Assembly: GCF_963921235.1 (NCBI RefSeq)
Contig: NC_086108.1
Span: forward strand, 89,034,001 to 89,098,000
Direction: 5' to 3'
DNA length: 64,000 nucleotides
DNA from: Mobula hypostoma
Taxonomy: Eukaryota
Each line of letters begins with the position of its first letter. Positions within the stretch are counted from its first letter, which is position 1. The notes under the pieces were generated by a model, which searched no databases, was not told where the DNA came from, and was given only the letters and a program-made list of their open reading frames with translations. Position numbers and translations under genes: made by a program. This document shows, one piece after another, positions 1 to 13,338 of this stretch.

Positions 1-249
1 TGCCTGATGGACAAAGAAAATGATTTAAGAATGGGTACTAATCTTGCTTGACAAAATGCAATTTCTCCCCTGACTCCTGACTAGCATCAAGTAAAGAAGG
101 AGCAAAGCTCAAGAAACTTGAGTCCATGCATCAGACATGTTGGAAGGAGTGCATCATGTTGTAAAGTACCCACTCACCCAGGCTGCTGTTAGCTCCCGCC
201 CACTCCTCTGTACTCATATAACTCAGAGTACCAGAATGGAAGCAAGTCC

Positions 250-1820
250 AAAGTTCACTGTAAATTTGTTATCAAAGTGAATACTGTATATGTCACTATA
301 TACAACCCTGAGATTTATTTTCTTGCAGGCATACTCAATAAATTCATAGAACAATAACCATAGCAGAATCAATGAGACTGCATCAATTTGGGCATTCAAC
401 CAATGTGCAAAAGACAACAAACTACAAACACAAAAAGAAGGAAATAATAAAAGTAATTAATATGCAATAAATATTGAGAACATGAGATGAAGAGTCCTTG
501 AAAATGAGTCCAAAGGTTGTGGTATCAGTTCAATGATAGGGCAAGTGAAGTTGAGTGAAGTTATCACCTTTGGTTCAAGAGCATGATGGTTGAGAGATAA
601 TACCTCAATTCCTGAACCCAAGTTCCTGAACCCAGTCCTAAGGCTCCTGTATCTTCTTCCTGATGGCAACAGTGAGAAGAGAGCTTTACCTGGGTGGGGG
701 GTTGTGGGTGGCTTGATGATGGAGCTGCTTTCCTGTGGTATTGTTTGGTGTAGATGTGCTCAATGGTGGAAAAGTCTTTACCAGTGATGGACTGGTCTGT
801 ATTCATTACTATTTATAGGATTTTCTGTTCAAGGACATTGGTGTTTCCCTACCAGAATGTGATGCTGCCTTTTAAAATACTCTTCATTACACATCTATAG
901 AAGATGACAAAGTTTTAGAAGTCATGCTGAATCTTCGCAAACTCTTAAGGAACTACAGGTGCTACCATGCTTTCTTTGTAAATGCACTTACATGCTGGGC
1001 ACAGGACAGGTCCTCCAAGATAATAACACCTAGGAACTTAAAACTACTGACCCTCTCCACCTCTGATCCTCTGATGAGGACTGGCTCATGGACCTCTAGT
1101 TTTCTTCTCTTGAAGTCAACAATCGACGCCTTGGTCTTGCTGATATTGAGTAAGAACTTGTTGGTATGGCAACAATCAGCCAATTTGTCTCCTATATGCT
1201 GATTCATCACCACCTTTGATTCAGCAAATGACAGTGGTGTTGTCACAGACTTGAAAATGGCATTGGATCTATGCTTAGCCACACAGTCTAAGTGTAAAGT
1301 GAGTAGATCAGAGGGCCAAGCATGCAGCCTTGTGGTGCGCCTGTGCTGATAGAAGTCACGTAGGAGATGCTGTTGTCCATCCAAAGTGACTGGGGTTTGC
1401 AAGTGAGGATGTTACACATCCAGTTGTACAAAGGGGTATTGAAGCCAAGGTTTTGGAGCTTATTGATTAGTTTTGAGGTGATGATAGTATTGAATGCTGA
1501 ATTGTAGTTGATAAAGAGCATCCTGGTGTTTAGACATTCCAGGGTTGAGTGTAGAGCCAATCAGATGGTGTCTGCCGTGGACCTGTTGCTTTGGTAGGAA
1601 AATTGGAGTGGATCTAAGTAATTTCCTAGGCAGGAGTTGATATGCTTCATCATCAACCTCTCAAAACACTTCATCACTCTGGATGTAAGTGCCACGGGAT
1701 GGTAGTCTTTGAGGTAGATCACCATGTTCATCTTAGTCACCAGTATAATTGAAGCCTACTTGAAGCAAGTGGGCACCTCAGACTGCCAAAATGAGAGATT
1801 AAAGATCTTGGTGAACAATG
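250..1820 (-). mobile_element. Rex1/Babar-type non-LTR retrotransposon remnant (RT fragments and 3' tail)
   Basis: Minus-strand ORF fragments RMLFINYNSAFNTII, STGAPQGCMLGPL, VERVSSFKFLGVII and MPSGRRYRSLRT are typical of Rex1 RT and its C-terminus. The same tail recurs at 2140-2440. Confidence 0.8.
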
Positions 1821-1839
1821 CAGTCATTCTTGCTCCTAG

Positions 1840-1937
1840 GGCATTGACTAAGAAGAGAATGGAGAAGGATAACCTTCGCAAGGAATTGCGTGAACATTTT
1901 CAAAAGTATTGCAGATATGTGAGAGGGAAAGCAAAAG
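1840..1937 (+). CDS. candidate host-gene exon (ALTKKRMEKDNLRKELREHFQKYCRYVRGKAK)
   Basis: Non-repeat stretch bounded by acceptor ttcttgctcctag| and donor AAG|gttagt. Frame is open and ends in phase 1. Protein not recognised. Confidence 0.35.
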
Positions 1938-2139
1938 GTTAGTTTTTGTAAGAATTGTCACAGGTCAATGACCTGAAAAACCTCTTCTGATGTACTGATT
2001 CTACAAAGTTGACATAGGAAGGTTGCTACTTAAGTTCATTGAAAGAAGCATTAAAGATTGATTTTTTAAAGATGAATTCTTGCCTGAAATCATCTTGATA
2101 CCAATGTCGATGTGGGTTAGAGTTTAGTTCAATGATCAA

Positions 2140-2435
2140 AGTTAAGTTCAAAGTAAATTTATTATCAAAGTACTTACATGTCACCATATACAGCCCTGAG
2201 ATTCATTTTCTTGTGGGCGTACACAGTAAATCCAAGAAACACAATAGAATCAATGAAATCCCACATCCAACAGGACAGACAAACAACCAACCAATGTGCA
2301 AAAAAGAACAAACTGTGCAAATACAAAAGAAAGAAAAAAATAAATGAATAAACAATAACTATTGAGAACATGAAATGAAGAGTCCTTGAAATTGAGTCCA
2401 AAGGGTTGGGAATGGTTCAGTGATGGGGCAAGTGA
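2140..2435 (-). mobile_element. Rex1-type 3' tail fragment
   Basis: Clearly similar to 250-560 (aagttca...aaatttattatcaaagt...ccctgagatt...gagtccttgaaa). Confidence 0.65.
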
Positions 2436-2439
2436 ATCA

Positions 2440-3364
2440 CAAACACAAAATAACCTGCAGATGCTGGGGTCAAAGCAACAATCACAACACGCTGGAGGAA
2501 CTCAGCAGGTCGAGCAGCATCCGTGGAAACGATCAGTCGACGTTTTGGGCCGGAACCCTTAAGAGGCCCTATAAAGAAGGTGGGGGAAGGGTGGGAGGGA
2601 GAAGGCTGGTAGGTTCCAGGTGAAAAACCAGTAAAGGAAAAGATAAAGGGGTGGGGGAGGGGAAGCAGGGAGGTGATAGGCAGGTAAGGTGAAGAAGGAA
2701 TAGGGGAAAACACAATGGGTAGTAGAAGGAGGCAGAACCATGAGGGAGGTGATAGGCAGCTGGGGTAGGGGGCAGACTGAAATAGGGATAGGGGAAGGGA
2801 GGGGAGGGAATTACTGGAAGTTGGAGAATTCTATGTTCATACCAAGGAGCTGGAGACTACCTAGACGGTATATTGAGGCGTTGCTCCTCCAACCTGAGTT
2901 TAGCCTCATCATGGCAGTAGAGGAGGCCATGTATGGACATATCTGAATGGGAATGGGAAGCAGAGTGGGTGGCTACCGGGAGATCCTGTCTGTTAAGGTG
3001 GACGGAGTGGAGGTGCTCAACGAAGTGGTCCCCCAATCTGTCTCGGGTTTCATCGATATAGAGGAGGCCGCACTGGGAGCACCGGATGCAATAGATGACC
3101 CCAAAAGACTCACAAGTGAAGTGTTGCCTCACCTGGAAGGACTGTTTGGGGCCTTGAATGGTGGCAAGAGAGGAGGTGTAGAGACAGGTGTAGCACTTAC
3201 GCTTACAGGGATAAGTGCCAGGTGGGAGATCCGTGAGGAGGTACGTGTGGAACAGGGAGTCGTGGAGGGACCGATCCCTGCGGAAAACGGAGAGGGGTGG
3301 AGAGGGAAAGATGTGCTTAGTAGTGGGGTCCTATCCTCCGCAACTTCCGCCACCTTCAACAGGA
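2440..3364 (-). mobile_element. Penelope-like element 3' part: GIY-YIG endonuclease fragment plus pLTR with degenerate hammerhead
   Basis: ORF 2857-3132(-) VIYCIRCSQCGLLYIDET.RL.DHF.EH is a GIY-YIG motif. It is followed by a pyrimidine-rich tract and aagggttccggcccaaaacgtcgactg at about 2534-2560. Confidence 0.85.
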
Positions 3365-4347
3365 ATAAGATGGAATATTCAAATGGAATAAGATACATGA
3401 ACTTGTAGCGCAGTTAGAGACTGGCAGGTATGATGCTGTGGGCATCAGTTAATTGTGTCTGAAAGATTATAGCTGAAAGTTTAACATCCAGTTTAACATT
3501 GTATCAAAAGGACAGGCAGGTAGGCAGAGGGTGTGGGTGGCTCTTTTGGTAAAAAATGAAATCAAAATCCTTAGAAAGAGGCGACATAGGATCAGAAAAT
3601 GTAGAATTAATGTAGAGTTAAAAAAGACAGTTACATGTGCTTCCTGGATTATGAAAAAGCTTTTGACCGAGTCAATCATGAACAGCTGGTCAATTGCCTG
3701 AACTCATTGGGGCTGGATGGGAAAGATGTTCGACTGATTGCGAGTCTGTACTGGCATTAGAAGGCAGTAATAAGAACTAGTGATGGGAATTCACCGGAAG
3801 CTGAGATCTAAAAAGGGGTTCGCCAGGGCTGCATTATCTCCCCTTTATTATTTAACATTTACTCAGAGGTAATCTTCAGGGTGTTGAACGATGAAGCTGG
3901 TGTCCAAACTGGTGGAGTGACGGTGAACAACTTGAGGTATGCAGACGATTCCGTGTTGTTAGCCGAGACTGAGGACGAGTTACTCAGAATAGTCGATAAG
4001 ATAAATGCTGAAGTTGAACGATTTGGAATGAAAATAAATGCTGCAAAGACGAAGATGATGGTAGTATCACGGAAAAAAGAAGTTCTCAAAATCAGTATCA
4101 AAATTAACGGTGTGGGCATAGAGCAAGTCAAGAAGTTTGAGTACTTGGGACAGATGGTCACAGAGGATGGGAAATGTGATACAGAAATTAGACGAAGAAT
4201 TGAGATTGCGATAGGGGACTTCCGGGTCATCAAGGGAATGGCGGCGTAAGGAAAAGGTCTCTCGACAAAAAAGAAGGTAAACTGCCCCAAAATCGAATTT
4301 AGACAAATACTTAATATTGCATAACTATATTAATAAAAGGGGCAAGG

Positions 4348-5334
4348 ATGATGTCTAAGAACAAGAATAAAAAGTCCGCTTCGAAGGCTGATAAACATAA
4401 AGAGACGCAGCAAGGCGACGGGCCTAGCTCCCCCACGGCAAGCCAGGACGGAGATAATGAGGGGGAATCGGTGACTCTGTCTTTGATTCTCGGAGAGATT
4501 CGCGAGTTCCGACAAGATAACAGCAAACAGCTGGAAGATATTAAAGGAGAAATAGTAAAAACTAACTCGCGGATAGATGAAGCCGAAGCGAGGATTGTTG
4601 GAATTGAAGAGAAGCTACAAAACGCCGAGGAAGTGATCGCAGAAATGCTGAAGCTACAAGACCAGTTCCAGTGGAAACTAATAGATCAAGAAGGCCGCTC
4701 GAGAAGGGAAAATGTGAGGATCTACGGAGTTCCCGAAGGAACCGAAGGTAAACCCGGATTGATGATTCCCTTCGTGGAGAAGCTGCTTAGAGAGAACCTT
4801 GATATACCGGCCGCAAAAGACCTACAGATAGAAAGGGCTCACCGCGCGTTGGCACCACAGCCTCCGGCAGGCGCCCAGCCCAGATCGATTCTGATCAGAT
4901 TTCTCAGTTACAGAACGAAGGAAGAGGTGCTTAAAAGAGCATGGCAATAGAAAGGTTTCATGTGGAACAACTGCAAAATCAGTTTAGACCACGACTACAC
5001 ACCGGGGATTCTTGCCAGACGGAAGGAATATGCGGAAACATGGAGAGTCCTGAAGGAAAACAACATCAGATTCCAGACCCTGTATCCAGCTCGGCTGAGA
5101 GTCTTTTACGACGAAGGGACAAAAACTTACGCTACGGTGGAGGAGGCAACGTTGGACCTGGCGGACTGGGGACTACCTATTAAAGTTATCACCCAACCGG
5201 AGTCGCTACTGGAGAGGATTCGGCAGAAGTCCTGGCAGTTAGTGGGGCGAGGACGCTCCACTCGAACCAGAGTGTCAAACTACAAGGAAAAGCTGCAAAT
5301 ATTCAGACGCGAATGTACAGAGAATACAGATTAA
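4348..5334 (+). pseudogene. L1 ORF1p with one in-frame stop (TAG 4948-4950)
   Basis: Coiled-coil, then DQEGRSRRENVRIYGVPEG, IERAHR, PRSILIRF and LYPARLRV. ORFs 4348-4950 and 4960-5334 share one frame. Confidence 0.95.
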
Positions 5335-5696
5335 TTAAGAGAAATGACTGAAAAGAGTAAATCGGACTTAAAAGTAAAATGAAAACTGGTAACTGAAAAT
5401 AAACTAGGCGGAATAACTTGAATGATAGCAATATGGTCGAGATATAAATAGGAGAAAATTCTCTATGATTATTCAAACTGCTGAGGGCCCTCTAACACAG
5501 GGTGAAGATAGAGGTTATCCCTCTGAACTGAGGCGGGTCGGTGCTCAGGCCTCACTGTGGGAAGTTGGGAAAAATTTTCAAATGTTATACGTTCAGAAAT
5601 GTCTAGGGTGTGGTTATATGTCTTGGTTTACTGTTGAGAAGGGATTGCTTACTGTTTGGTTAGAAAAGGAGAGTGCTTTTTTTCTACTAGAGAAAA

Positions 5697-8600
5697 ATGC
5701 AAACTGAATTGGTAAAAATAATTTCCTATAATGTTAATGGGGTTTTGAACCCAATTAAAAGAAATAAGATTATGTCTAAATTGAAAAAAGAGAGGGCACA
5801 AATAGCTTTCCTCCAGGAAACACATATGAGCCAATCTGAACATGGAAAATTAAAAAGAATGGGCTTTAAGCATGTATTTTATTCATCATATAAATTGAGT
5901 CACAAAAGAGGGGTAGCTACTTTAATATCAAGTACTCTTAATTATGAACATATTTCAGAGACTAGAGACAAAGGACGGTTTGTAAAAATCACAGGAAGAA
6001 TAGAAGGTACAGAAATAACATTGCTGAATGTTTATGCTCCTCCAGGTAGTGAATGGTCATTTTATAGACACATTTTTGACCTAATGGTCAGTTCTTGAGG
6101 GGTAGTAATTTGTGGAGGGGATTTTAATATTAGATTAAATCCTATATTAGATTCTTCAAGAATAGTTACTCAGAATAAACCTCTGACTCGGAAAGTGAAT
6201 TCATTGATGGAGGAGTTGGGAATTATAGATGTCTGGAGGGAATTACACCCTACTAGTAAAGATTATACATATTACTCTTTCCCTCATTCAGCCTATTCAA
6301 GGATAGACTATTTCTTTATCTTTAATACAGATAGACTCAGGATAAAAAACTGTAATATTGCAACAATTGATCTGTCGGATCATAGCCCAGTCTCTATGTC
6401 TCTAATCCTGGAAAGGAAAATGAGGAAAACACTATGAAGGCTAAACTCACATATACTCAATAACCCGAAAGTAATGGAGAGATTAAGGGGAGAAATCAAA
6501 GAATATCTAGACCTTAATGACACGGGAGAAACATCACCAGTGATTTTATGGGATACATTGAAAGCTGTACTGAGAGGGAAAATTATTTCCATTACTACTC
6601 ACATGAAAAAAATCAATGCACAAAAATTAGCAGACCTTCAAGGAAAATTAAAACAACTTCAAGTTGTAGATAGCAACAAAAGTAATTCAAATCGAAAACA
6701 GGAAATTAGGAAATTGCAAAGTGAAATTGATGATATTTATACGTTGGAAACTCAAAGAAATTTTCTTTACCTGAGACAAAAGAATTATGAAGTAGGAGGT
6801 AAATCAGCTAGATCATTAGCATATAAATTACGAAAACAACAAGCAGACAATACAATTCATAAAATAAAGAATCCAAAGACAAAGCTTGTGGAGAGTACAA
6901 TAGGGAAAATTCAAGAGAGTTTTGAAACATATTATCGAGAGCTGTACTCCCAACCCCGGGCCCCCAATGAGCCCTATATAGACAGTGTATTGAATTTTTT
7001 AGATCTACCTAAACTTACAGATTTACAAAATGAAAGTTTATTAGAACCAGTAACTGTCAAAGAACTGAACGTGGCCATCTCTAGGTTAAAGGCCGGAAAG
7101 TCCCCGGGTTCTGATGGGTTTACCTCAGAGTGGTACAAGTCCCTGAAGACACAGTTAGCCCCATTACTACTTAACACCTTTAATTGGATCTTGCAGAGAG
7201 GAGAAACTCCACCTTCCTGGAGAGAAGCGATTATTTCAGTTATTCCTAAAGAGGGTAAAGATAAACTAGAATGTGGCAATTATCGGCCAATTAGTGTTCT
7301 TAATTTAGATTACAAACTATTTACATCTATATTAGCGCGCAGATTGGAAAAGCTTTTACCTGGCCTAATCCATTTAGACCAGACTGGATTTATTCAACAA
7401 AGACAAACACAGGACAACATAAGGAGAACTCTGCACATATTAGAACAGGTTAATAAGAACGAGACAGAGACAATGGTAGTAGGATTGGACGCTGAGAAAG
7501 CTTTTGATTCGGTTAGTTGGGCATTCCTATACAGAGTGTTAGGAAGATTCGGCTTTCAAGAAAGGTTTATTAAAGTAATTCAGACTCTATATGACAGCCC
7601 TACAGCCCGAATTAAGATAAATGGGGACCTCTCTGACTCCTTCATTTTAGAGAGAGGCACTAGACAGGGATGCCCAATTTCTCCTCTCCTTTTTGCGCTA
7701 TATATTGAACCACTTGCCCAACTAATAAGACAGAGCGAAATCGTAAAAGGTATCAAGGTGGCAGGGATTGAACAGAAAGTGGCGTTATTCGCAGATGATG
7801 TTTTGGTCTATCTGAGTGAACCAGAAAAATCATTTATAGGATTGTTTACACTGTTGGATGACTTTGGGAAAATATCAGGTTATAAAATAAATGTAAAGAA
7901 AACGCAGGTTATGTCCCTAAATTATACACCATCCAAAAAATTGCAGGATACATACGATCTTAAGTGGGAAGCTAAATCATTAAAATATTTAGGAATAACC
8001 CTGCCGAAGGATCTTTCAACACTGTCACAGGTAAATTATGGGCCATTAATCTCGGAGATAAAAGCAGATATGCATAGATGGAATCTTATCCCCTTTTTAA
8101 GTTTAAATTCAAGGATAAATACTATAAAAATGAATATTCTTCCTCGGTTATTATATCTTTTCCGTACTTTACCAGTGGAGGTGGATGATAATCAATTCAG
8201 GGAATGGGACAAATGGATTTCCCGCTTCATTTGGCAAGGAAGGAAACCTAGAATTCGATATAACACCTTACAGTTAGGGAAGGAAGGAGGAGGTATGGTT
8301 CTTCCTTGCCTGAGAAATTATTTTTATGCCTCACAGATAACCCCTCTGTTATATTGGTGTAATAGGGAATATAAGGCTAGATGGAAGGAAATAGAATTTG
8401 GATTAGTTGACAGTTTTCCTCTTCAGGCCTCAATAGCTGACAAAGGATTGATGGCCCAGTTGGAAAAATTTAATAATGCTTGGATAAATCTTACATTAAA
8501 AGTATGGCAGAAGGTGGTTAATTCATGTGGAATTAATAACATGTTAAAACTCTTTAGATGGTGTGCATATGATACCGAATTCCTTCCCAACAGAGGAGAT

Positions 8601-9479
8601 AAAAGATTTGAGCTATGGATAAAGAAAGGTCTTACAACCTACCTCTCATTTATAGATAAAAGAGTATTACAAAGTTTCCAAATCCTGCAGGACAAACATG
8701 GCCTAGAACATAATGACTTTTTTAGGTACTTTCAAATACGAAACTATGTTAACCAGAGTTGTAGATATACAGACCCATCAACAGTAGAATTAGAATTTTT
8801 CAAGATTCTGAATTCGGCTTGCAGTTCAATACCTAGTAAATCAGTTTCTCACCTATATAATGCACTCTCCCATGCTAAAAATGTAAATACACTGTATATT
8901 AAAGAGAAGTGGGAGAAAGAAGCGGGGTTGGTACTTTCAGAGGAGGCTTGGGGGAAAATCTGCAGCTTTCAATGGTCCTCGACTAATTCTTTGACTTGGA
9001 GAGAACATTGTTGGAAAAACATTATAAGATACTTCAAGACCCCATATCAGGAAAAATATAAAGATACAAATGTGATGTGTTGGAGAAGGAGCGGCTCCAA
9101 GGAGGCAAATCATTTTCATATTTTCTGGGATTGCCCTAAATTAAGTCTATTTTGGGAAGGTATTCATAGAACATTAGTTAAGGTACTTAGGTCCCAGATA
9201 CCTCTGAACTTTGAGACGCTCTATTTGGGGCATGTATTGTTCCTTGAACAGAAGGAAGATATAAAGTTGCTGCAGGCCCTCGTAGCGGCAAGTAAGAAAT
9301 CAATCACTAGAAAATGGCTAAATCCAATACCACCTACATTAGAAGATTGGTACGAAATTATCTTGGAAATACTTAAAATGGAAAAGTTGACTTCCCTGAG
9401 AACTCAAAAAGAAACATTTTATCAAATCTGGAATAAATGGATTGAATATATAACCCCAATGCGAGCAGACTTTAGATGA
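5697..9479 (+). pseudogene. L1 ORF2p (APE endonuclease, RT, C-terminal Cys-rich domain) with two in-frame TGA stops
   Basis: SYNVNG, FLQETH, GGDFN, SRIDY, SDH, YRPISVLN, DAEKAFD, GTRQGCPISP, LFADD and KYLGI. ORFs starting at 5697, 6195 and 6474 share one frame; stops at 6096-6098 and 6435-6437. Confidence 0.97.
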
Positions 9480-12400
9480 CTCTCCTAATGATTTATATTG
9501 CTCTTCTCATCAACACAGTAATATTGCTAATGTAAGCACCCCTAGTCTAAATGTTTGTTTTTTTTTGGAAAATAGAGAATTAACACAAGTAAAGGGAAAG
9601 ATTTGGGAAAGGGATAAAAAAAAAGAAAAAATTAAGTAAATAAGTACATAGGGATTGGATAATTATGTCTGCGGGCAGGAACAAGCACGAACAAATTGGG
9701 ATATAAACACCTACAATGGTTGGTATATAGGCTTGTATGCAACATTTTGGACCAGTGGAAATGGTCCAGAAGGGTTGTATGGAAACTATTATTACCATTT
9801 TTCTTAACAACTAATTTCATTACTTAGCCTAATAGGTTAGATTTACCACAGTACATAATTATCTATTTAAATGTTTATTTTCCTTTTATATCATCTCAAT
9901 GTGTACTTAAGAATGTATAAATAATTGTAGTTTTATACATATAAAAAAATGGAAAAGGTTATATGTGTGAAAAAAGTACATGATAATTGTGAATTCCTTA
10001 TCCAAATAAAAATAAAATTATTAAAAAAAAAGAATTGAGATTGCAAGATCGACGTTCTGGAGCCTGAGTGATGTGCTGTGTGGCAAGAGGTTGGACTTTG
10101 GGCTGCGTTGTAGAATTTGGAAATGCTACGTCCAGAGCAGTCTGTTGTGTGGAGTCGAATTGTGGACCTTATGCAAGGAAGCGCAATGACAACTGGGGGC
10201 ATTTGAAGTGTGGTGTTTAAGGAGAATGCAGAAAATTAGATGGGTGATGAAGGTCAGTAATATGGAAGTGTTGAAGAGAGTGAGGAGAGAAAAGGAGTTG
10301 CTGAAGAATGTGCAGAAAAGGAAGCTGGAATATGCCGGGCACTTGTTAAGAGGTGGTGGACTGCAGAAATTGTTATTGGAAGAGATGGTAGAAGGAAAGA
10401 GGGAAACAGGAAGCCAGTGAACTACTTGGTATGATAGTGTGAGGCAATGGACTGGGTTCAGTTATGCTGAGGCCAGAAAAAGAGCACAAGATTGAAGAAG
10501 ATGGAGGTGCATAGCCACCAACCCCGGATTCAGGACAGCACCCACTGACTGACTGACTGACTGAGAGTTAAAAAAAGCTTCGAGGGTAAAAAAGACCCTG
10601 ATGGGAATTATATACAGGCTTCTGAACAGTTGCCCATATGTGGGCTACAAATTACAGTGGGAAATATAAAAGGCATGTCAAAAGAACAGTGTTACAATAT
10701 TCATAGGGGATTTCAATATGCAGGTAGATTGGGAAAATTAGTTGGTGCTGGATTCCGAGAGAGAGAATTTGTAGAGTGCTTACAAGATGGCTTTTTACAG
10801 CAGCTTATGGTTGAGCCCATTATCGGATCAGCTATGCTGGATTGGGTTTTGTGTAATGAACATGATTTGATTAAGGAGCTTAAGGTAAAGGAACCCTTAA
10901 GAGCCAGTGATCATGACATGATAGAATTCACCCTACAATTTGAGAGGGAGAAGCTAACATCAGATGTGCAGTAGTACAGTAGATAAAGAGAATTACAGAG
11001 GCATGAGAGAGGAACTGGCCAAGGTTGACTAGAAGGGGACAATAGCAGGAAGGATGGCAGAGCAGCAATAGCTGGAGTTTCTGGGAGCAATTCTGGAAGG
11101 TGCAAGGTGGATACATCCCAAAGAAGAGTATTCTAAAGGCAGGATGATGAAATTGTGGCTGACAAAGGAAGTCAAAGCCAACATAAAAGCAAAAGAGAAA
11201 GCATATGATAGAGCAAACATTAATAGGTAGTTAGAGGATTGGGAAACTTTTAAAAACCCACAGAAAGCAACTAAAAGCCATAAGGAGGAGAAAGATAAAA
11301 TATGAATGTAAATTAGCCCATAATATCAAAGGGGATATCAGAAGTTTTTTTTTCAGATATATAAAGGGTAAAAGAGAGGTGAGAATAGATAATAGACCAC
11401 TGGAAAATGACACTGCATGGCTAATAATGGGAGACAAAGAAATGACGGACAAACAGAAGAAGTATTTTGCGTCATTTCTCACCGTGAAAGACACTAGCAG
11501 CATGCCAGGTGCTTGAGAGTGTTATGGCACAGAAGTGAATGCAGTTGCTTTTACTATGGAGACGTTGCTTAGGAAACTGAAAGAGCAGAAGGTATATATC
11601 TCACCTGGAGCAGATAGACTACACCCTAGGGTTCAGAAGGAGGTAGCTGAAGAGATTTTGGAGGCATTGGTCATGATCATTCAAGAAACAATAGATTCTG
11701 GCATGTTTCTGGAGGACTGGAAAATTACAAATGTCTCTCTATGTTTTAAGGAGGGAGAGAGGCAAAAGAAAGGAAATTAAATGCCAGTTAGTCTGCCCTC
11801 AGTGGTTGGGAAAATGTTAAAAGTTGATTGTTAATGATGTGGTTTCAGGATAATTGGAGGAACGTGTTAAAATAGGCTGTAGTCAGCGCAGTTTCCTTAA
11901 GGGGAAATATTGCCTGACAAATCTGTCAGAATTCTTTGAGAAAATAACAAGCAGGATTGAAAAAAGGAGGATCAGTGGTTGTTCTGTACTTGGATTTTCA
12001 GAAGGTTTTTGACACGTTTCTGCACTTGAAGCTGCTTAACAATATAGGAGCCCATGGTATTACAGGAAGAATACTAGTATGGAGAGAGCATTGGCTGGTT
12101 GGCAGGAGGCAAAGACTGGGAATAAAGGGAGCATCTTCTGATTAGCTGCTGGTGACTGGTGGTGTTCCACAGGGGTCAGTGTTAGAACTACATCTTTTTA
12201 CGTTGCATGTCAATGATTTGGATGATGGAATTGATCGTTTTGTGGCCAAATATGTGGACTATAGGAAGATAGGTAGGGAGGCAGGTAGTGTTGAGGAAGC
12301 AAGGAGGCTGTAGAAGGACTTAGACAGATTAAGAGAATGAACAAAGAAGTGGCAGATGGAATACAGTGTCCGAAAGTGTGTGGTTGTGCACTTTGGTTGA

Positions 12401-13234
12401 AGAATTAAAGGATAGACTATTTTCTAAATGGAGAAAAGGTTCAATAATCTGAAGTGCAAAGGGACTTGTGAGTCCTCATGCAGGATTTCCGTAATGCTAA
12501 TTTGCAGATTGACTTGGTGGTAAGGAATGCAAATGCAATGTTAGCATTCATTTCAAGAGGACTAGAATATAAAAGCAAGGATGGAATGCTATGGCTTTAT
12601 AAGACATTGGCGAGGCCTCACTTGGAGTATCATGAGCAGTTTTGGGCCCCTTATTTAAGGAAGGATGTGCAGACATTCAAGAAAGTTCAGAGGAGGTTTA
12701 CAAGAATGATTCTGGAAATCAAGGTTTATTATATGAGGAGAAATTGATGGCTCTAGGACAGTAGGCACTAGAATTTAGAAGGAGTGGGGTGGGGGGATCT
12801 CATTGAAACCTATTGAATGTTGAAAGGCCTAGACAGAGTGGATGTGGAGAGGATATTTCCGTTGTCGGGCGAGTCTAGAACCTGAGGCACATCCTCAGAA
12901 TTGAGGGACATTATTTAGAACGGAGATGAAGAGGAATTTCTTTAGCCAGAGGATGGTGAATCTGTGGAATTCATTGCTACAGGCAGCTGTGAAGCCATGT
13001 TATTGGGTGTATTGAAAGTGAAGGTTGATAGATTATTGATTAGTCAGGGTGTAAAAGATTACAAGGAGATGTCAGGAGAATGTGGTTGAGAGGGGAATGG
13101 ATCAGCCGTGATGAAATTTCAGAGCAGACTCAATGGGCTGAATGGCCTAACTCTGCTCCTATGAGCTTATGGCTCATGGATAGTTTCTACCTCACTATTA
13201 TGGTCTTACAGTCTAAGGGCTTTTCTGAATGCAC

Positions 13235-13338
13235 AATACGTCAAACTTTGAAGTGGATGGGCTACAGCGCATAAGTCCCTGAATATACTCCGAATGTCAG
13301 CTACAGGAGCTACATAATAAAGTAGTCACTGAGTGTAT
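13235..13338 (+). mobile_element. Tc1-like non-autonomous element, 3' end fragment
   Basis: tcaaactttgaagtggatgggctacagc...aataaagtagtcactgagtgta matches the elements at 37672-38241 and 63388-64000. Confidence 0.6.

Larger units (their letters stand above)
4210..10029 (+). mobile_element. full-length L1 retrotransposon (family A)
   Basis: 15-bp TSD aagaattgagattgc at 4195-4209 and 10030-10044. 5' end ggggacttccgg, ORF1, 362-bp spacer, ORF2, then AATAAA and an A-rich tail. Confidence 0.97.
3626..10563 (+). mobile_element. 5'-truncated RTE LINE, split by an L1
   Basis: NNLRYADDSVLLAE, FEYLG and EIRRRIEIA resume after the L1 as RSTFW...FEVWCLRRM. (ACTG)n tail at 10544-10563. TSD agagttaaaaaa at 3614-3625 and 10564-10575. 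Confidence 0.9.
3400..13175 (+). mobile_element. CR1 LINE (degenerate APE + RT + 3' tail), split by an RTE insertion at 3626-10563
   Basis: An endonuclease fragment at 3400-3625 resumes at 10564. ORF fragments include EPLRASDHDMIEF, SPGADRLHPRV, YLDFQKVFD and ARPHLEYHEQFWAPY. CR1-type 3' end gggctgaatggcctaactctgctcctatg. Confidence 0.85.
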
